The position numbers and the translations under genes were made by a program. 37,091 nucleotides of DNA from positions 1-37,091 of IMG/VR virus record IMGVR_UViG_3300025097_000021; one strand, given 5' to 3'. The DNA is from a virus. Lineage: Duplodnaviria; Caudoviricetes. The notes beneath the pieces are model-generated. The model did not search any database, was not told the origin of the DNA, and saw nothing but the letters and a program-made list of their open reading frames with translations. This document shows, one piece after another, positions 25,502-36,539 of this stretch (the first letter of the stretch is position 1; every line of letters begins with the position of its first letter).

Positions 25502-25955
25502 TATACTACATATAGCACCTTACACAAAAGAACATGGACAGTTTATATTATCCTGTCAAATGAATCATAAAGTTTTAGAAGCTGATTCAAAATATATAAA
25601 AATTATGGGTGATGCTCAAACTTTTGAACAAGATAAATTAGCTTTTACCGGTATTGTAAATAATAAACCAATTTTTGCTGCAGGTATGAAAATAGTTTGG
25701 GGACAAGTTGCAGAAGGTTGGGTGATTGCTACAAACGAAATGTGGAAATATCCAATAGGAGTTGCTAAAGCAATTAAAAAAGATTTTGCTAATGTTGCCA
25801 GACAACAAAATATTAAAAGAGTTCAAACCGCAATCAGAAAAGATTTTAAACAAGGTTTAAGATTTGCGGAATGGTTAGGTTTGGAAAACGAAGGTTTAAT
25901 GAAATGTTATGGGTTTGATGGTTCGGATCAATACAGATATGCGAGGATATTCTAA
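25491..25955 (+). CDS. GNAT-fold protein (T7 gp13-like position)
   Basis: AEGW, RVQT, RFAEWLGLENEG motifs. Likely start at 25491. Confidence 0.65.
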   Translation: MMDNILHIAPYTKEHGQFILSCQMNHKVLEADSKYIKIMGDAQTFEQDKLAFTGIVNNKPIFAAGMKIVWGQVAEGWVIATNEMWKYPIGVAKAIKKDFANVARQQNIKRVQTAIRKDFKQGLRFAEWLGLENEGLMKCYGFDGSDQYRYARIF

Positions 25956-26413
25956 TGGGAGCTAATTTATTAGTAGGAGCAATGGGTGTTATGCAATACC
26001 AAGCTCAAGGTAAAATTGGTAAGTATAATCAATCAGTTCACGAAAGAAACGCCAAAGTTTTAGAAGGTCAAGCAGAGCAAATAGAACAAAAAGCAGAATT
26101 TGATATTGCTCAATTTGCAAAAAGTTTTAAAAAAATTGAAGGCGAAACTACAGTTGCTCTAGCAAAATCCGGTGTTGTAGTTGGAAGTGGAAGTAGTTAT
26201 TATATTGAATTATCAAATGCTATTGAAGCGGAATTACAAAAAAATTTAATTGAATATAATTCAAAAGTTGCTGCAGCAAATAAAATGGAAGAAGCAAACT
26301 TTGCAAGAATTTCAGGAGTAATTGCCAGAAATGAAGCTAAATTAGCACAAATAAGCACAATAGCTCAAACAGGAACAAGTTTATTAACAATGTCAAATAA
26401 GAGTAAAACATAA
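25955..26413 (+). CDS. Internal virion protein (gp14-like)
   Basis: A/Q-rich helical with AKSGV..GS motif; synteny. Confidence 0.65.
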   Translation: MGANLLVGAMGVMQYQAQGKIGKYNQSVHERNAKVLEGQAEQIEQKAEFDIAQFAKSFKKIEGETTVALAKSGVVVGSGSSYYIELSNAIEAELQKNLIEYNSKVAAANKMEEANFARISGVIARNEAKLAQISTIAQTGTSLLTMSNKSKT

Positions 26414-29184
26414 TGCCAAAGATACCTACATTCACAGCGACAGGATCAATAGAACAATTAGCTGGTACTACATCTAATATTAAAATTAATCCTAATTCTA
26501 ACATTTTTAGTGCTTTACAACCGGTAACAGATTTTGTTGTCAAGCAGAAAATAAAAGAGAATGATATACAAAATAGAACAGAAGCATTAAAATTAGAAAA
26601 TGATTATATAACCGAAGCTAATCTAATTTCAGAACATATTAATCAAGATAAAACTCTTTCTATAAATAAAGAAGCTGCAAATGCTTATCATAAAGAAAAA
26701 ACAAATGCTTTAATAGAAAAATTTGCTGCTCAAGCAACAAATAAAAATTCTGAAACAATGTTTAGAAATTCAGCTTTAGGTGAAGTACAAAAACAAATTT
26801 TTAGCATTAATGGAGATATATCAAATAATATTTTAGTTCAAGCAGATGCTATTTATACTGAAACAAAAGAAAAAATTATTTCAAGAGCTTTTTTAAAAGG
26901 TGGCATTTATAAAGAAACTTTAGAACAAGACTTAGAAAACTTAACTATTGATACTTTTAAAAATAGAGTAACTTATCCTGAATTACAAAAAATATTAAAG
27001 TCTATTCCTGGTGAAATTCAAACATACGAAGCTATTGAGATGGTTCAACGAACTCCTAGAAAAGCATACTACTTCTTAAAAGATGACAAAAATTTTCCAG
27101 ACATGGATTATGATAAAAGAAAAAAATTACAAGACAAAGCAGCAATCGTAATAAGATCGCAAATTACTACAGAGTGGGAAAATTATACAGCAACAGTTGC
27201 TGCAGGAAAAGAACCACCATATTTTGACATGAAACTTGCAGTAGAAGTAATGGGAAGTTATGCAGGTGAAAAAATGTTACAAGAAGAAAGTTTAACAAAA
27301 GATCGTGTTACAAATAATGCAGTAATAAATAATGCTTCTATCGCTACCGAAAATGAAGTGGTCCAAGGTTTTATAGATGAAGGCTATGAAATGTTTGGTG
27401 AAACAGTAGCTGCTGCAAATGAAAAATACTATAGAAATATTCTTAGTAAAAAACAAAAAGCGATGAAAGAAGATCCTGTAGATTTTTTAATTAAAATAAA
27501 TCCTGATATTGAAGCTCTATATGAGGAAATGAAAAATGATGACAACGCAGATAGTCTAGCGGCAACTAGAAAAATCTTTACAGAAAAAGTAATTCAAAAA
27601 CAAAAAGATATGGGTATAAGTAATTCTGCAATTAGAATAACAAAAAAATCTGAAATTGAGGAAATTAAAAAAACCCTTACAAATACAGATACTCCTTATT
27701 TAGAAAAAAAGGCTTTTATCAATGGTTTATCAATAATATATGGCAAAGAAAATATGTCAAAAGTTTTAAATCATTTACAAGCTGAAAATCTACCTGAAGA
27801 ATATGTTGTTGCCATTAGCACAAATAGTGATTCTTTAACTGAAGATATTTTATCTGGAGAAAACATAGAAGATTTAAAAAAAATAGTATCAACAAGATTA
27901 AATTCTGGTGAAAAATTTAATAGTATTGAAAAAGAAGTTGCAAAAGGAATGGCGGATTGGGAAGAGGTAATTCTTGCTCAAGGAGAAGGATCTGTTGTTA
28001 AAACTAATTATATATTATCAGTTCAAGCAGCTATTTATAAAGCTGCATTACAAAGAATAAAAAGAGGAGATAGTATAAGTGATGCTGTTGATTCAGCAGT
28101 ATCTGATTTTACTAGAGATTATTATATTCCACCTTCTAAAACTTGGATGATTCCAGTAGATGTTAATGGAGTTAGAACAAATGGATGGCTTATTGAAGAA
28201 AAAGCTGAAGCAATTTTTTTAGAAGTAGAAAGTAAAGATAGTAATTATTTAGATAAATTTCATGGAGCAGATGGTTATATGCACTATGCTAAATTTGCAG
28301 GAATAGAAAATTTAACTGAAGAACAAGTAAAAGATAGAATAACATCTACTATTAGAAATCATTCTAAGTGGTTATTAAATGCTGATTCTACTGGCATTAT
28401 TTTAAACGCTGAATTTGCAAATGGAACATATCCTATTGTAAATGCCAATGGTCAAAAAATAGAATTTTTCTTTACAGATACTCCTAATGAACAAGGTATT
28501 TTTGGTACAGAATTAAAATATCCAGTAACAGGAGATGATATATCTTTAATAGAAGATATTGATCCTTTTGGATATATGGATATTCCTATTGATGAAAATC
28601 AAAGTATAGATTCTAATAATATTACAGTTGGAAATGTAGATTTTGATTTTATTGTAAATGAATTAGAAGGTGGCACACAATTAAAAGGTTATACTTTAAA
28701 AGATTTTCCTAATTCTGGAGTAACAATAGCTGGTGGTGTTGATTTAGGTGCTAGAAACTTAAATGACTTAAAAGGTTTACCAAAAGAAATTATAAATAAA
28801 TTAAAACCATATTTAGAATTAAAAGGTAAAAACGCTGAAGAACAACTAAAAAAAATACCATTAAAACTTTCTGAAAAAGAATCTAATATATTAAATAAAT
28901 TTATTCAAAAAAAAATATTAACAATACTTAAAAAAGATTGGAAAAGGAAAACAGGAACATCTTTTGATTCATTAACAACAGAACAAGCAACTGTATTAGC
29001 TTCTGTTTCTTTTATATATGGTAAATTAGAAACTAAAGCTCCGAATTTTTGGAAATATGTAACATCAAATAATTGGCAAAAAGCCTATGATGAACTTATG
29101 GATTTTAAAGATAAATCTAAAGCTGTAAATGAAAGACACCAAAAAGCAGCAAAACTACTTAAAAAATATTTAGATAAAAATTAA
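26413..29184 (+). CDS. Internal virion protein with C-terminal pesticin-like muramidase
   Basis: MPKIPTF start; C-terminal DFDFI..LEG...NSGVTIAGGVDLG motif from about 28636. Confidence 0.75.
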   Translation: MPKIPTFTATGSIEQLAGTTSNIKINPNSNIFSALQPVTDFVVKQKIKENDIQNRTEALKLENDYITEANLISEHINQDKTLSINKEAANAYHKEKTNALIEKFAAQATNKNSETMFRNSALGEVQKQIFSINGDISNNILVQADAIYTETKEKIISRAFLKGGIYKETLEQDLENLTIDTFKNRVTYPELQKILKSIPGEIQTYEAIEMVQRTPRKAYYFLKDDKNFPDMDYDKRKKLQDKAAIVIRSQITTEWENYTATVAAGKEPPYFDMKLAVEVMGSYAGEKMLQEESLTKDRVTNNAVINNASIATENEVVQGFIDEGYEMFGETVAAANEKYYRNILSKKQKAMKEDPVDFLIKINPDIEALYEEMKNDDNADSLAATRKIFTEKVIQKQKDMGISNSAIRITKKSEIEEIKKTLTNTDTPYLEKKAFINGLSIIYGKENMSKVLNHLQAENLPEEYVVAISTNSDSLTEDILSGENIEDLKKIVSTRLNSGEKFNSIEKEVAKGMADWEEVILAQGEGSVVKTNYILSVQAAIYKAALQRIKRGDSISDAVDSAVSDFTRDYYIPPSKTWMIPVDVNGVRTNGWLIEEKAEAIFLEVESKDSNYLDKFHGADGYMHYAKFAGIENLTEEQVKDRITSTIRNHSKWLLNADSTGIILNAEFANGTYPIVNANGQKIEFFFTDTPNEQGIFGTELKYPVTGDDISLIEDIDPFGYMDIPIDENQSIDSNNITVGNVDFDFIVNELEGGTQLKGYTLKDFPNSGVTIAGGVDLGARNLNDLKGLPKEIINKLKPYLELKGKNAEEQLKKIPLKLSEKESNILNKFIQKKILTILKKDWKRKTGTSFDSLTTEQATVLASVSFIYGKLETKAPNFWKYVTSNNWQKAYDELMDFKDKSKAVNERHQKAAKLLKKYLDKN

Positions 29185-29185
29185 A

Positions 29186-30457
29186 ATGATAAATGTTGGA
29201 CTAGGTACATTTGAAAAATCAGAACAAGAAATAGGTTCTTTATATAATCAAACTAGAACAGGTTTTTGGGACACAGCAGGCTCTACTTTTTATAATGCTT
29301 GGAACTATAACCCAACATCTTCTCTGTTTAGAGCATTTGAACACACTCAGGCATATCAGAGTAGTCATAAATATTTAAACAGGGATGACTTAAATAAACA
29401 ATATGGTCATTTAGGTTTACAATTTAAAGAAGATATGAGAGAAGGTGTGGTTGATTATATAGTTGAAAGAAAAGAATTAGAATTAGAAAGACAAAATATT
29501 ATTGCAAGAGGACCACAAGGTAAATTGGCTAAAAGTTTTTTCTTTTTAGAATCTCTTGGTACAAGTTTTTTAGATCCTATAAATATTGGTGCATCCTTTA
29601 TACCTGTTGTTGGTCAGGCTAGATTTGCTAATCTAGTTGCTCGTTCAGGTAAAAATATTGCTAGAATGAAAAAAGGTTTTGTTGAAGGTTTAGTAGGTAA
29701 TGCTGCTATTGAGCCTCTTGTTTATGGTGTGGCAAAATCAGAACAAGCTAATTATGATATATATGATTCCTTTGCAAATATAGCTGTTGGTGGTTTTTTA
29801 GGTTCTGCAGCTCATGTTAGTTTTGGAAGATTAGGAGATTTTATTGCAGAAAAAAGAGGTAAACCAAATATTTATCAAAGACTAGCAGCAATCTCACCAG
29901 ATAATCAACAGGCTTTATTAAAATATTCTGTCGGTAAAGTAATAAAAGGAGAGAAGGTAGATACCGGTAATGTGATAATTGAAAAAACTATAATTGGCGA
30001 TCCACAATTAAATAAATTAGATAATCAAATTAAAGAATTTAAAAGTTTATATAAAGATTCTATAGATAGAGGAGATAGAAAATCAGCAAAGATTTATTTA
30101 AAAAATATAAGAAATTTACAAAAAACAGAAAGAGATTTGTTTGAAGCTAAAAAAAAAGCAAATGATGAAGCTAAATTACAAGATCAAATTAATCTTAAAA
30201 ATAAAAAACCATTAAAAGAACAAGAGCAAGTAAGAGTAGAAAAAAATACTTTAGAATTAGAAACTGAAGCAGAAAATATAAATTTAAGAAATACACAACA
30301 TCAAAAACAATTAGATGTTAAAGATGAAGATTTAAAAGAAACAGGAATATTAGAAGATAGAGCAGAAATTCAAAAAATAGATAAATCTATAAAAAACAAA
30401 ACTAAAATTAGAGATGCTATAGAGGCAGGAACTAACTGTACTAAAAGGAATACTTAA
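29186..30457 (+). CDS. Internal virion (ejection) protein
   Basis: 423 aa; LDPINI motif, hydrophobic G/A helices and charged tail. Confidence 0.65.
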   Translation: MINVGLGTFEKSEQEIGSLYNQTRTGFWDTAGSTFYNAWNYNPTSSLFRAFEHTQAYQSSHKYLNRDDLNKQYGHLGLQFKEDMREGVVDYIVERKELELERQNIIARGPQGKLAKSFFFLESLGTSFLDPINIGASFIPVVGQARFANLVARSGKNIARMKKGFVEGLVGNAAIEPLVYGVAKSEQANYDIYDSFANIAVGGFLGSAAHVSFGRLGDFIAEKRGKPNIYQRLAAISPDNQQALLKYSVGKVIKGEKVDTGNVIIEKTIIGDPQLNKLDNQIKEFKSLYKDSIDRGDRKSAKIYLKNIRNLQKTERDLFEAKKKANDEAKLQDQINLKNKKPLKEQEQVRVEKNTLELETEAENINLRNTQHQKQLDVKDEDLKETGILEDRAEIQKIDKSIKNKTKIRDAIEAGTNCTKRNT

Positions 30458-32952
30458 TGGCAACAATAAAATCATTATCAAAATGTTTTAAAGAAATTAA
30501 AAGATTAACTGGAGATTTATTATCTGAAAATCAAATTAATGAACTTTTAGATGAAGCTAAAATAAAAATTAATGAAAATAAATTTCAAGATTTAGAATCT
30601 AAAACAGACAAAATATTAGCACAAGAAATTATTAATAAATTTGAATACGATCAAGCTAATAAAAAAAAATATTTAGCAAGTAATAATATGAAGGCGTTAG
30701 ATACTTATCAAAAGATAATTGATGCAATAGATATGTCTGAAGGAAAAATAAATCCTGTAGAGGCTGTATCAGCAATATTAGTTGGGATGCAAAAATTTTC
30801 TAAAATTACTAGAAATTCTATTGGTGCAAAACAACAAGCATTAGAAGAAATGGAAATTACTAAACTTTTTAAGGCAATTAATGACTTGGGGGATAATGCG
30901 TGGAGAGATTTATCTGAAGGTAAACTGGATATAGAAATTATGAATGAAATGCAAGGAATCTCTACAGAAGTAATTATGGCAAAAAAGATTGCAACAGTTT
31001 TAAAAAAATTTCAAAGTGATTTAAGGTTAAGGTTGAATGATCTAGGAGCTAACATAGGAGAGTTAGATGATTGGATTACAAAAATGACACACAATACAGA
31101 AAAAATGGGAATGGCTAGTAAAGGTTCTAGGTTAATTGGAGACAATAGAATTGCCTGGAGAGAATACATTAAAACTAAATTAAATTTAAAAAGGACATTT
31201 TCTGATGTAAATGATCCTGTAAAAATAGATGAAATTTTAGATGGTATTTTTGATAGCATAATGTCTGGTGATCAAATGAAATATGGTGGCACTCATAGTA
31301 TTTATGGAACAAAAAATGTAACTAATCGTTTAAACGCAGCAAGGGTTTTACATTTTAAAAGCTCACAAGCTAGACATGAATATAGTATTAAATTTGGAGA
31401 ACCTGCTTTAAAAGAAAATATATTATCTGTGTTAGCAACAAGTTCCAGAAATATTGCCTTAATGCAAGACCTAGGAACAAATCCTAAAGATACTTTAAAT
31501 AAAGTTTTATCTTTATTAAGAAAAAAATATAAAAAGTCAGATCCTAAATTAACTAAAAAATTAGATTTTAAAACTTTTGCAAATCAATTTGCAGAAATTG
31601 ATGGAAGCATTAATGGTATTGGCAATGAAACTTTAGCAAAAGTAGGTATGGCAGTAAGAGGAACAGGTAATATGGCTAGATTAGGTATGGTTAGTATAAC
31701 ATCTTGGGGAGATTTAGCTCACTATATGGGTAGTACCAGTTTTCAAGGAAGAGGACTATTGAGTGGTTTATTTGAAGCTCTGTCAGGATTATCTGGTGCA
31801 AATGATAGAGCTGCTATGGAAGTTTTACAAGTTGTAAGTAATTCTCATAGTGCTAATTCTTTTAGAGGCAATGTATATGGTGCGGTTGATGATACTTGGG
31901 GAAGAATGGGAAAGTTACAAAATACATTTTTTAAATGGAATGGTTTGAATGGTTGGATTGCAAGTTTAAAAAGCTCAATGGCTGTTGGTTTGGCTAGGCA
32001 TTATGGAATGTTAGCTGATATGAGATTATCTGATTTAAGCACAAGAGAAAGAAATTTTTTAACACTATATGGAATAGATGAGGCAAAGTGGGATATGTTG
32101 CGTTCTATTAAAACTTTAGATGTTGAAAATAAAAGATATATGACTGCAGAAGGAGTAGATGAAATATCTAATGATATTATTAATAAATATGTTGGTAGAA
32201 AATTAAGTCAAAGAGAAATAAGAAATTTTAAAAAAGATTTAGAATTAACATGGAGAAATGTTTTAATAGATCAAGGTATGCACGGATCACCTGAACCAGA
32301 TGCCGCAATTAGAGCAATAACAAATCAAGGTTTAGAAAAAGGAACTCTTATGGGAGAAACTGCTAGATTTGTAATGCAGTTTAAAAGTTTTCCTATTAGT
32401 ATGTGGAAAAAAATTATTGGTAGAGAACTTTATTCTTATGGAGCAGATGAAAGTCAATTAGCAAAAATTGGTGGTCTAACAAGTATGTTATTATTAAGTA
32501 CCTTTTTTGGCTATATAGCAATGTCTACCAAAGATATGTTAAAAGGTAGATCGCCTAGAGATCCTAAGAAGAAATCAACTATCATGTCAGCATTTGTACA
32601 TGGTGGTGGTGGTGGTATTTATGGAGATTTTTTAATGAGTGAAATACAAAATGAATATGGTAATGGTATTTTTGAAACTGCTCTTGGACCTACTGCTGGA
32701 GATTTAAAAACATTTTTAGATATGGTTCAAAGTATGAATGATCCTAAAAAAGCAGGTAAAAAGTTTCTTTACTTAGCTGAAGGACACACACCTTTTTTAA
32801 ATTTATATTATACTAAAGCTGCCTATGATTATTTAATTGGCTATCAAATTAAAGAATTTCTTGATCCTGGATTTTTTCAAAGAATGAAAGATAAACATGA
32901 TGAAAAAAGAGGTCAAAATTACTATTTAAAACCAGGTTTAGGATTAGATTAA
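30457..32952 (+). CDS. Large internal virion (ejection) protein
   Basis: 831 aa; RVLHFK, QFKSFP and GGGGIYGDF motifs; synteny before the tail fibre. Confidence 0.7.
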   Translation: MATIKSLSKCFKEIKRLTGDLLSENQINELLDEAKIKINENKFQDLESKTDKILAQEIINKFEYDQANKKKYLASNNMKALDTYQKIIDAIDMSEGKINPVEAVSAILVGMQKFSKITRNSIGAKQQALEEMEITKLFKAINDLGDNAWRDLSEGKLDIEIMNEMQGISTEVIMAKKIATVLKKFQSDLRLRLNDLGANIGELDDWITKMTHNTEKMGMASKGSRLIGDNRIAWREYIKTKLNLKRTFSDVNDPVKIDEILDGIFDSIMSGDQMKYGGTHSIYGTKNVTNRLNAARVLHFKSSQARHEYSIKFGEPALKENILSVLATSSRNIALMQDLGTNPKDTLNKVLSLLRKKYKKSDPKLTKKLDFKTFANQFAEIDGSINGIGNETLAKVGMAVRGTGNMARLGMVSITSWGDLAHYMGSTSFQGRGLLSGLFEALSGLSGANDRAAMEVLQVVSNSHSANSFRGNVYGAVDDTWGRMGKLQNTFFKWNGLNGWIASLKSSMAVGLARHYGMLADMRLSDLSTRERNFLTLYGIDEAKWDMLRSIKTLDVENKRYMTAEGVDEISNDIINKYVGRKLSQREIRNFKKDLELTWRNVLIDQGMHGSPEPDAAIRAITNQGLEKGTLMGETARFVMQFKSFPISMWKKIIGRELYSYGADESQLAKIGGLTSMLLLSTFFGYIAMSTKDMLKGRSPRDPKKKSTIMSAFVHGGGGGIYGDFLMSEIQNEYGNGIFETALGPTAGDLKTFLDMVQSMNDPKKAGKKFLYLAEGHTPFLNLYYTKAAYDYLIGYQIKEFLDPGFFQRMKDKHDEKRGQNYYLKPGLGLD

Positions 32953-33037
32953 GGAGTAGAAAAGAGAATGAAAAAGTATTATAACCAAGAATATCTATTT
33001 ACAAAACCATCAACTTTGTTTAAAGGATTAAATTAGT

Positions 33038-35590
33038 ATGACAATATCAAGTACAACAGTAAAAAATTCCTACTCTGGCAATGATAGTACAACTAGCTTT
33101 GCTTACAATTTTAAAATTTTTGCGGACTCAGACCTAATAGTTATTATTCGTTCCTCAACAGGAACAGAGACAACTAAAACTCTAACCACGCACTACACAG
33201 TAGCAGGTGCAGGAGATGCAAGTGGAGGTTCTATAACAACCACTGCTGGCAATACTCCAGCTACTGGAGAAACAGTAGTGATTATAAGGAATGTCCCGCA
33301 AACTCAGGCGATTGATTATATCGCTAATGATCCATTCCCTGCGGAGACACATGAAGAGGGTTTGGATCGTGGAACAATGACTATTCAACAAATGCAAGAG
33401 GCATTAGATAGATCATTTAAAGTTTCAAGAACCAATACAATTTCTTCTGCTGAATTTACTGATAGTGCAACAGACAGAGCATCCAAGACTTTAGGTTTTG
33501 ATAGTTCTGGAGATTTAACAACAGTTGCAGACTTTTTACCGGCTGGTGGAGATTCAGCACAATTTACTTATTCAACAACAACAACAGATTCTGATCCAGG
33601 ATCAGGAATTATAAGATTTAACAACACAACACTTGGATCAGCTACTATTGCTTATGTGGATGATTTAGAGGCAAATGGTACAGATGTGTCAAGCTGGGTG
33701 CAGTCATTTGATGATGTAACTGGTAATGATACTAACAGAGGAAGAATAAGAGTTACAAAATCAAACACATTAGATGTATGGCATGTTTGGAAAATATCAG
33801 GTGCTGTTACAGATGCTAGTGGTTATACAAAATTAGCTTTAACTTACATTGATGGTGCTGGAGCTTTAGCAGATGAAGATAAAGTATTTTTATCTTTTTC
33901 AGCTAGTGGTGAAGATGGAGCAATACCTGGCTACTATTATAAATTTGATACTGGCACATCGGATGCAGATCCTGGAGCTGGAGAAATATCATTTAACAAT
34001 GGAACGTATGCAAGCGTAACAGCAATATACATAGATGACGTTGACCAAAATTCAGTAAATACAGTTACGGATGTGTTAAGCTGGGATGATTCGACTTCAA
34101 CAATCAGAGGATTTTTACATATCGTTGATATTAACGACAGCACGACTTATGCAAGATTTAAAATTACTGGAGCTTCAACTGATGCTTCTGGTTACAACAA
34201 ATTAGCGGTAGCTCATTTAACTTCTAACAATACTTTTTCAGCTGCCGATGAATTATCAGTTCATTTTACAATGACTGGTTTAAAAGGCGATACTGGATCA
34301 ACTGGCTCAACTGGAAGCACAGGATCAACTGGCTCAACAGGCGCAAGTGGAACTAACTCTCAACTTTCAATGACTTGGGAAAGTACGACTAGCGATGCCG
34401 ATCCAGGTGCTGGAAAAATAGCTTGGAACCATGCAACGATAGCAAGTGCAACAGTTTTATATGTGGATGATGCAGATGACGCTTCGGCTGATATTACATC
34501 TTATGTTCAATCTTGGGATGATATTTCAAATACTACAGCAAAAGGAATTGTTACAATTACTAAAGAAGGAACAGCATCAACATACGCTGTCTTTAAAGTT
34601 TCAGGTTCAGTTACGGATGCTTCTGGATATACAAAAGTTCCAGTTACTCATGTAGTTAGTTCAGGTTCATTCTCGGATGACGATGGAGTAGGAGTTCACT
34701 TTCAATATAGTGGTAATGATGGTTCTGGAGATATGTCAGATGTTGTTGATGACACAACACCGCAACTTGGCGGAGATTTAGATGTCAATGGACAAGATAT
34801 AGTTTCAACTTCAAATGCTGATATTGATATAATTCCAAATGGAACAGGTGATGTTAATCTTGGAGCAGATACAGTTCAAGTTGGCGATAATGATGCTAAT
34901 GCTACAATTACTACACAAGGCACAGGAGATTTAATTTTAAACACAAATAATGGAACAAATTCTGGAAATGTGACAATTGCCGACGGGGCCGATGGAGATA
35001 TTACTATTAGTCCAGATGGCACAGGTGTAGCGAAAGCAGTTGATGGAGCCGATGCAACAGGTGCAATAAAAATTGCAGGAAAAGAAACTATTTTTATTCC
35101 TGCACAAGCGATGTTTGGTACAACAACCAACGGAGCGGATGCACAAGCAGTTGAAACTACAGCAACTAGACCTGAGTTAAAAGTATTAGATTTTGATGCA
35201 AGTACAATTGAATATGCACAGTTCTCTATTGCAATGCCTAAATCATGGAATGAAGGTACAGTGACTTTTCAAGCTTTTTGGGCTCCAAGTGATACGAATA
35301 CAGACGATGCTCTTATTGGTCTTCAAGGCGTTAGTGTGGCCAATGATGCAACTTCTGATGTTGTTTTTGGAACAGCTATATATGTTACAGACGCTGGCGG
35401 CGGTGCCGTTGAAGATGTCTTAGTTAGTCCAGTTAGTGCAGCAGTAACAATTGCATCAGCAGCAGCTGATACATACACGTATTTTCAAGTTCTTAGAAAT
35501 GCAACCGATGCTGCCGACGACTTTACAGGCGACGTACGATTATTAGGAATCAAATTATTCTACACAACCGACGCTGCGAACGACGCATAA
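33038..35590 (+). CDS. Tail fibre protein
   Basis: T7 gp17-like N-terminus (YSGN..TT.F...F.I, HEEGLDR), three DxDPG repeat domains and a G-X-Y stretch. Confidence 0.85.
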   Translation: MTISSTTVKNSYSGNDSTTSFAYNFKIFADSDLIVIIRSSTGTETTKTLTTHYTVAGAGDASGGSITTTAGNTPATGETVVIIRNVPQTQAIDYIANDPFPAETHEEGLDRGTMTIQQMQEALDRSFKVSRTNTISSAEFTDSATDRASKTLGFDSSGDLTTVADFLPAGGDSAQFTYSTTTTDSDPGSGIIRFNNTTLGSATIAYVDDLEANGTDVSSWVQSFDDVTGNDTNRGRIRVTKSNTLDVWHVWKISGAVTDASGYTKLALTYIDGAGALADEDKVFLSFSASGEDGAIPGYYYKFDTGTSDADPGAGEISFNNGTYASVTAIYIDDVDQNSVNTVTDVLSWDDSTSTIRGFLHIVDINDSTTYARFKITGASTDASGYNKLAVAHLTSNNTFSAADELSVHFTMTGLKGDTGSTGSTGSTGSTGSTGASGTNSQLSMTWESTTSDADPGAGKIAWNHATIASATVLYVDDADDASADITSYVQSWDDISNTTAKGIVTITKEGTASTYAVFKVSGSVTDASGYTKVPVTHVVSSGSFSDDDGVGVHFQYSGNDGSGDMSDVVDDTTPQLGGDLDVNGQDIVSTSNADIDIIPNGTGDVNLGADTVQVGDNDANATITTQGTGDLILNTNNGTNSGNVTIADGADGDITISPDGTGVAKAVDGADATGAIKIAGKETIFIPAQAMFGTTTNGADAQAVETTATRPELKVLDFDASTIEYAQFSIAMPKSWNEGTVTFQAFWAPSDTNTDDALIGLQGVSVANDATSDVVFGTAIYVTDAGGGAVEDVLVSPVSAAVTIASAAADTYTYFQVLRNATDAADDFTGDVRLLGIKLFYTTDAANDA
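34277..34351 (+). repeat. Collagen-like G-X-Y / 9-bp tandem repeat
   Basis: GLKGDTGSTGSTGSTGSTGSTGASG, encoded by ACWGGMTCA-like units. Confidence 0.8.
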
Positions 35591-35601
35591 GGAGTTAAAA
35601 T

Positions 35602-36537
35602 ATGAGAAAAATTGACCATCCATTAACAGTCGAGGGTAAAGGTTCAAAAAATAAAAATCCACGAAGAGGTAAATCTTTTGGTTACCAAGTCTTAGGATTT
35701 GGATCTGGAGGACTTCCATCTCTTAAATATGTTGAAGCTACAGGTGGAACAATAACTACAGATGGAGATTATACAGTACATACTTTTGATGCTGATGGAA
35801 ATTTTTGCGTTACTGCGATAGGTGATGCATGTACTCCAGCAACATACAGAGATCAAGTTACTTGGCTTGTTAATGCCGGTGGTGGCGCTGGCGGAGGTCG
35901 TTCTGGCGGAAGCGGAGGAGGCGGAGGCGCAGGAGGATTTAGAGATTCCCCTAGTGCATCAGGCGGTTGTTATGCTGCTTCTCCTTTAGCGGCTAACTCA
36001 GCGGTTACTGTTGCCGTAGCAACATATCCAGTTACTGTTGGAGCAGGTGGCATTGGTGTTGAAGGATATTACCAAGGTGCTGCAGGTTCTACTAGTTCTT
36101 TTTCAACTTATAATACTAGCGGCGGCGGCGGAGGCGGTTATCAAGGCGGCGGCGGTACTGGAACTGCAGGAACCCCTGGCGGTTCCGGCGGCGGCGGTGC
36201 TGCTGCTACTACTCCATACGGCGGCGGATCAGGTAATTCAGGTGGATACACTCCATCAGAAGGAAATCCTGGAAGTGGTTCATCTCCTCATCTCTACCCA
36301 TGGGGTCGTTACGCCGGTGGAGGCGGCGGTGCTACTAGTACTGGCTCTTATTCACCTCCTCTTGCTGATAGAGGCGGAGATGGAGCAATTTCGGAAATTG
36401 ATGGGACCTCTGTTGAATATTCTGCTGGTTACCATGGTGGTCCAGATCACGGTCCTGGTGGTGGCGGATATAGTGCTTACGGCGATGGCGGCGATGGTGC
36501 TGTTATTATAAGATATAGAAGCTCAGGGAGACCATAG
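35602..36537 (+). CDS. Glycine-rich tail-associated protein
   Basis: ATGGTIT.DGDY.VHTF, GGGGAGG repeats and GAVIIRY ending. Confidence 0.75.
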   Translation: MRKIDHPLTVEGKGSKNKNPRRGKSFGYQVLGFGSGGLPSLKYVEATGGTITTDGDYTVHTFDADGNFCVTAIGDACTPATYRDQVTWLVNAGGGAGGGRSGGSGGGGGAGGFRDSPSASGGCYAASPLAANSAVTVAVATYPVTVGAGGIGVEGYYQGAAGSTSSFSTYNTSGGGGGGYQGGGGTGTAGTPGGSGGGGAAATTPYGGGSGNSGGYTPSEGNPGSGSSPHLYPWGRYAGGGGGATSTGSYSPPLADRGGDGAISEIDGTSVEYSAGYHGGPDHGPGGGGYSAYGDGGDGAVIIRYRSSGRP

Positions 36538-36539
36538 TC

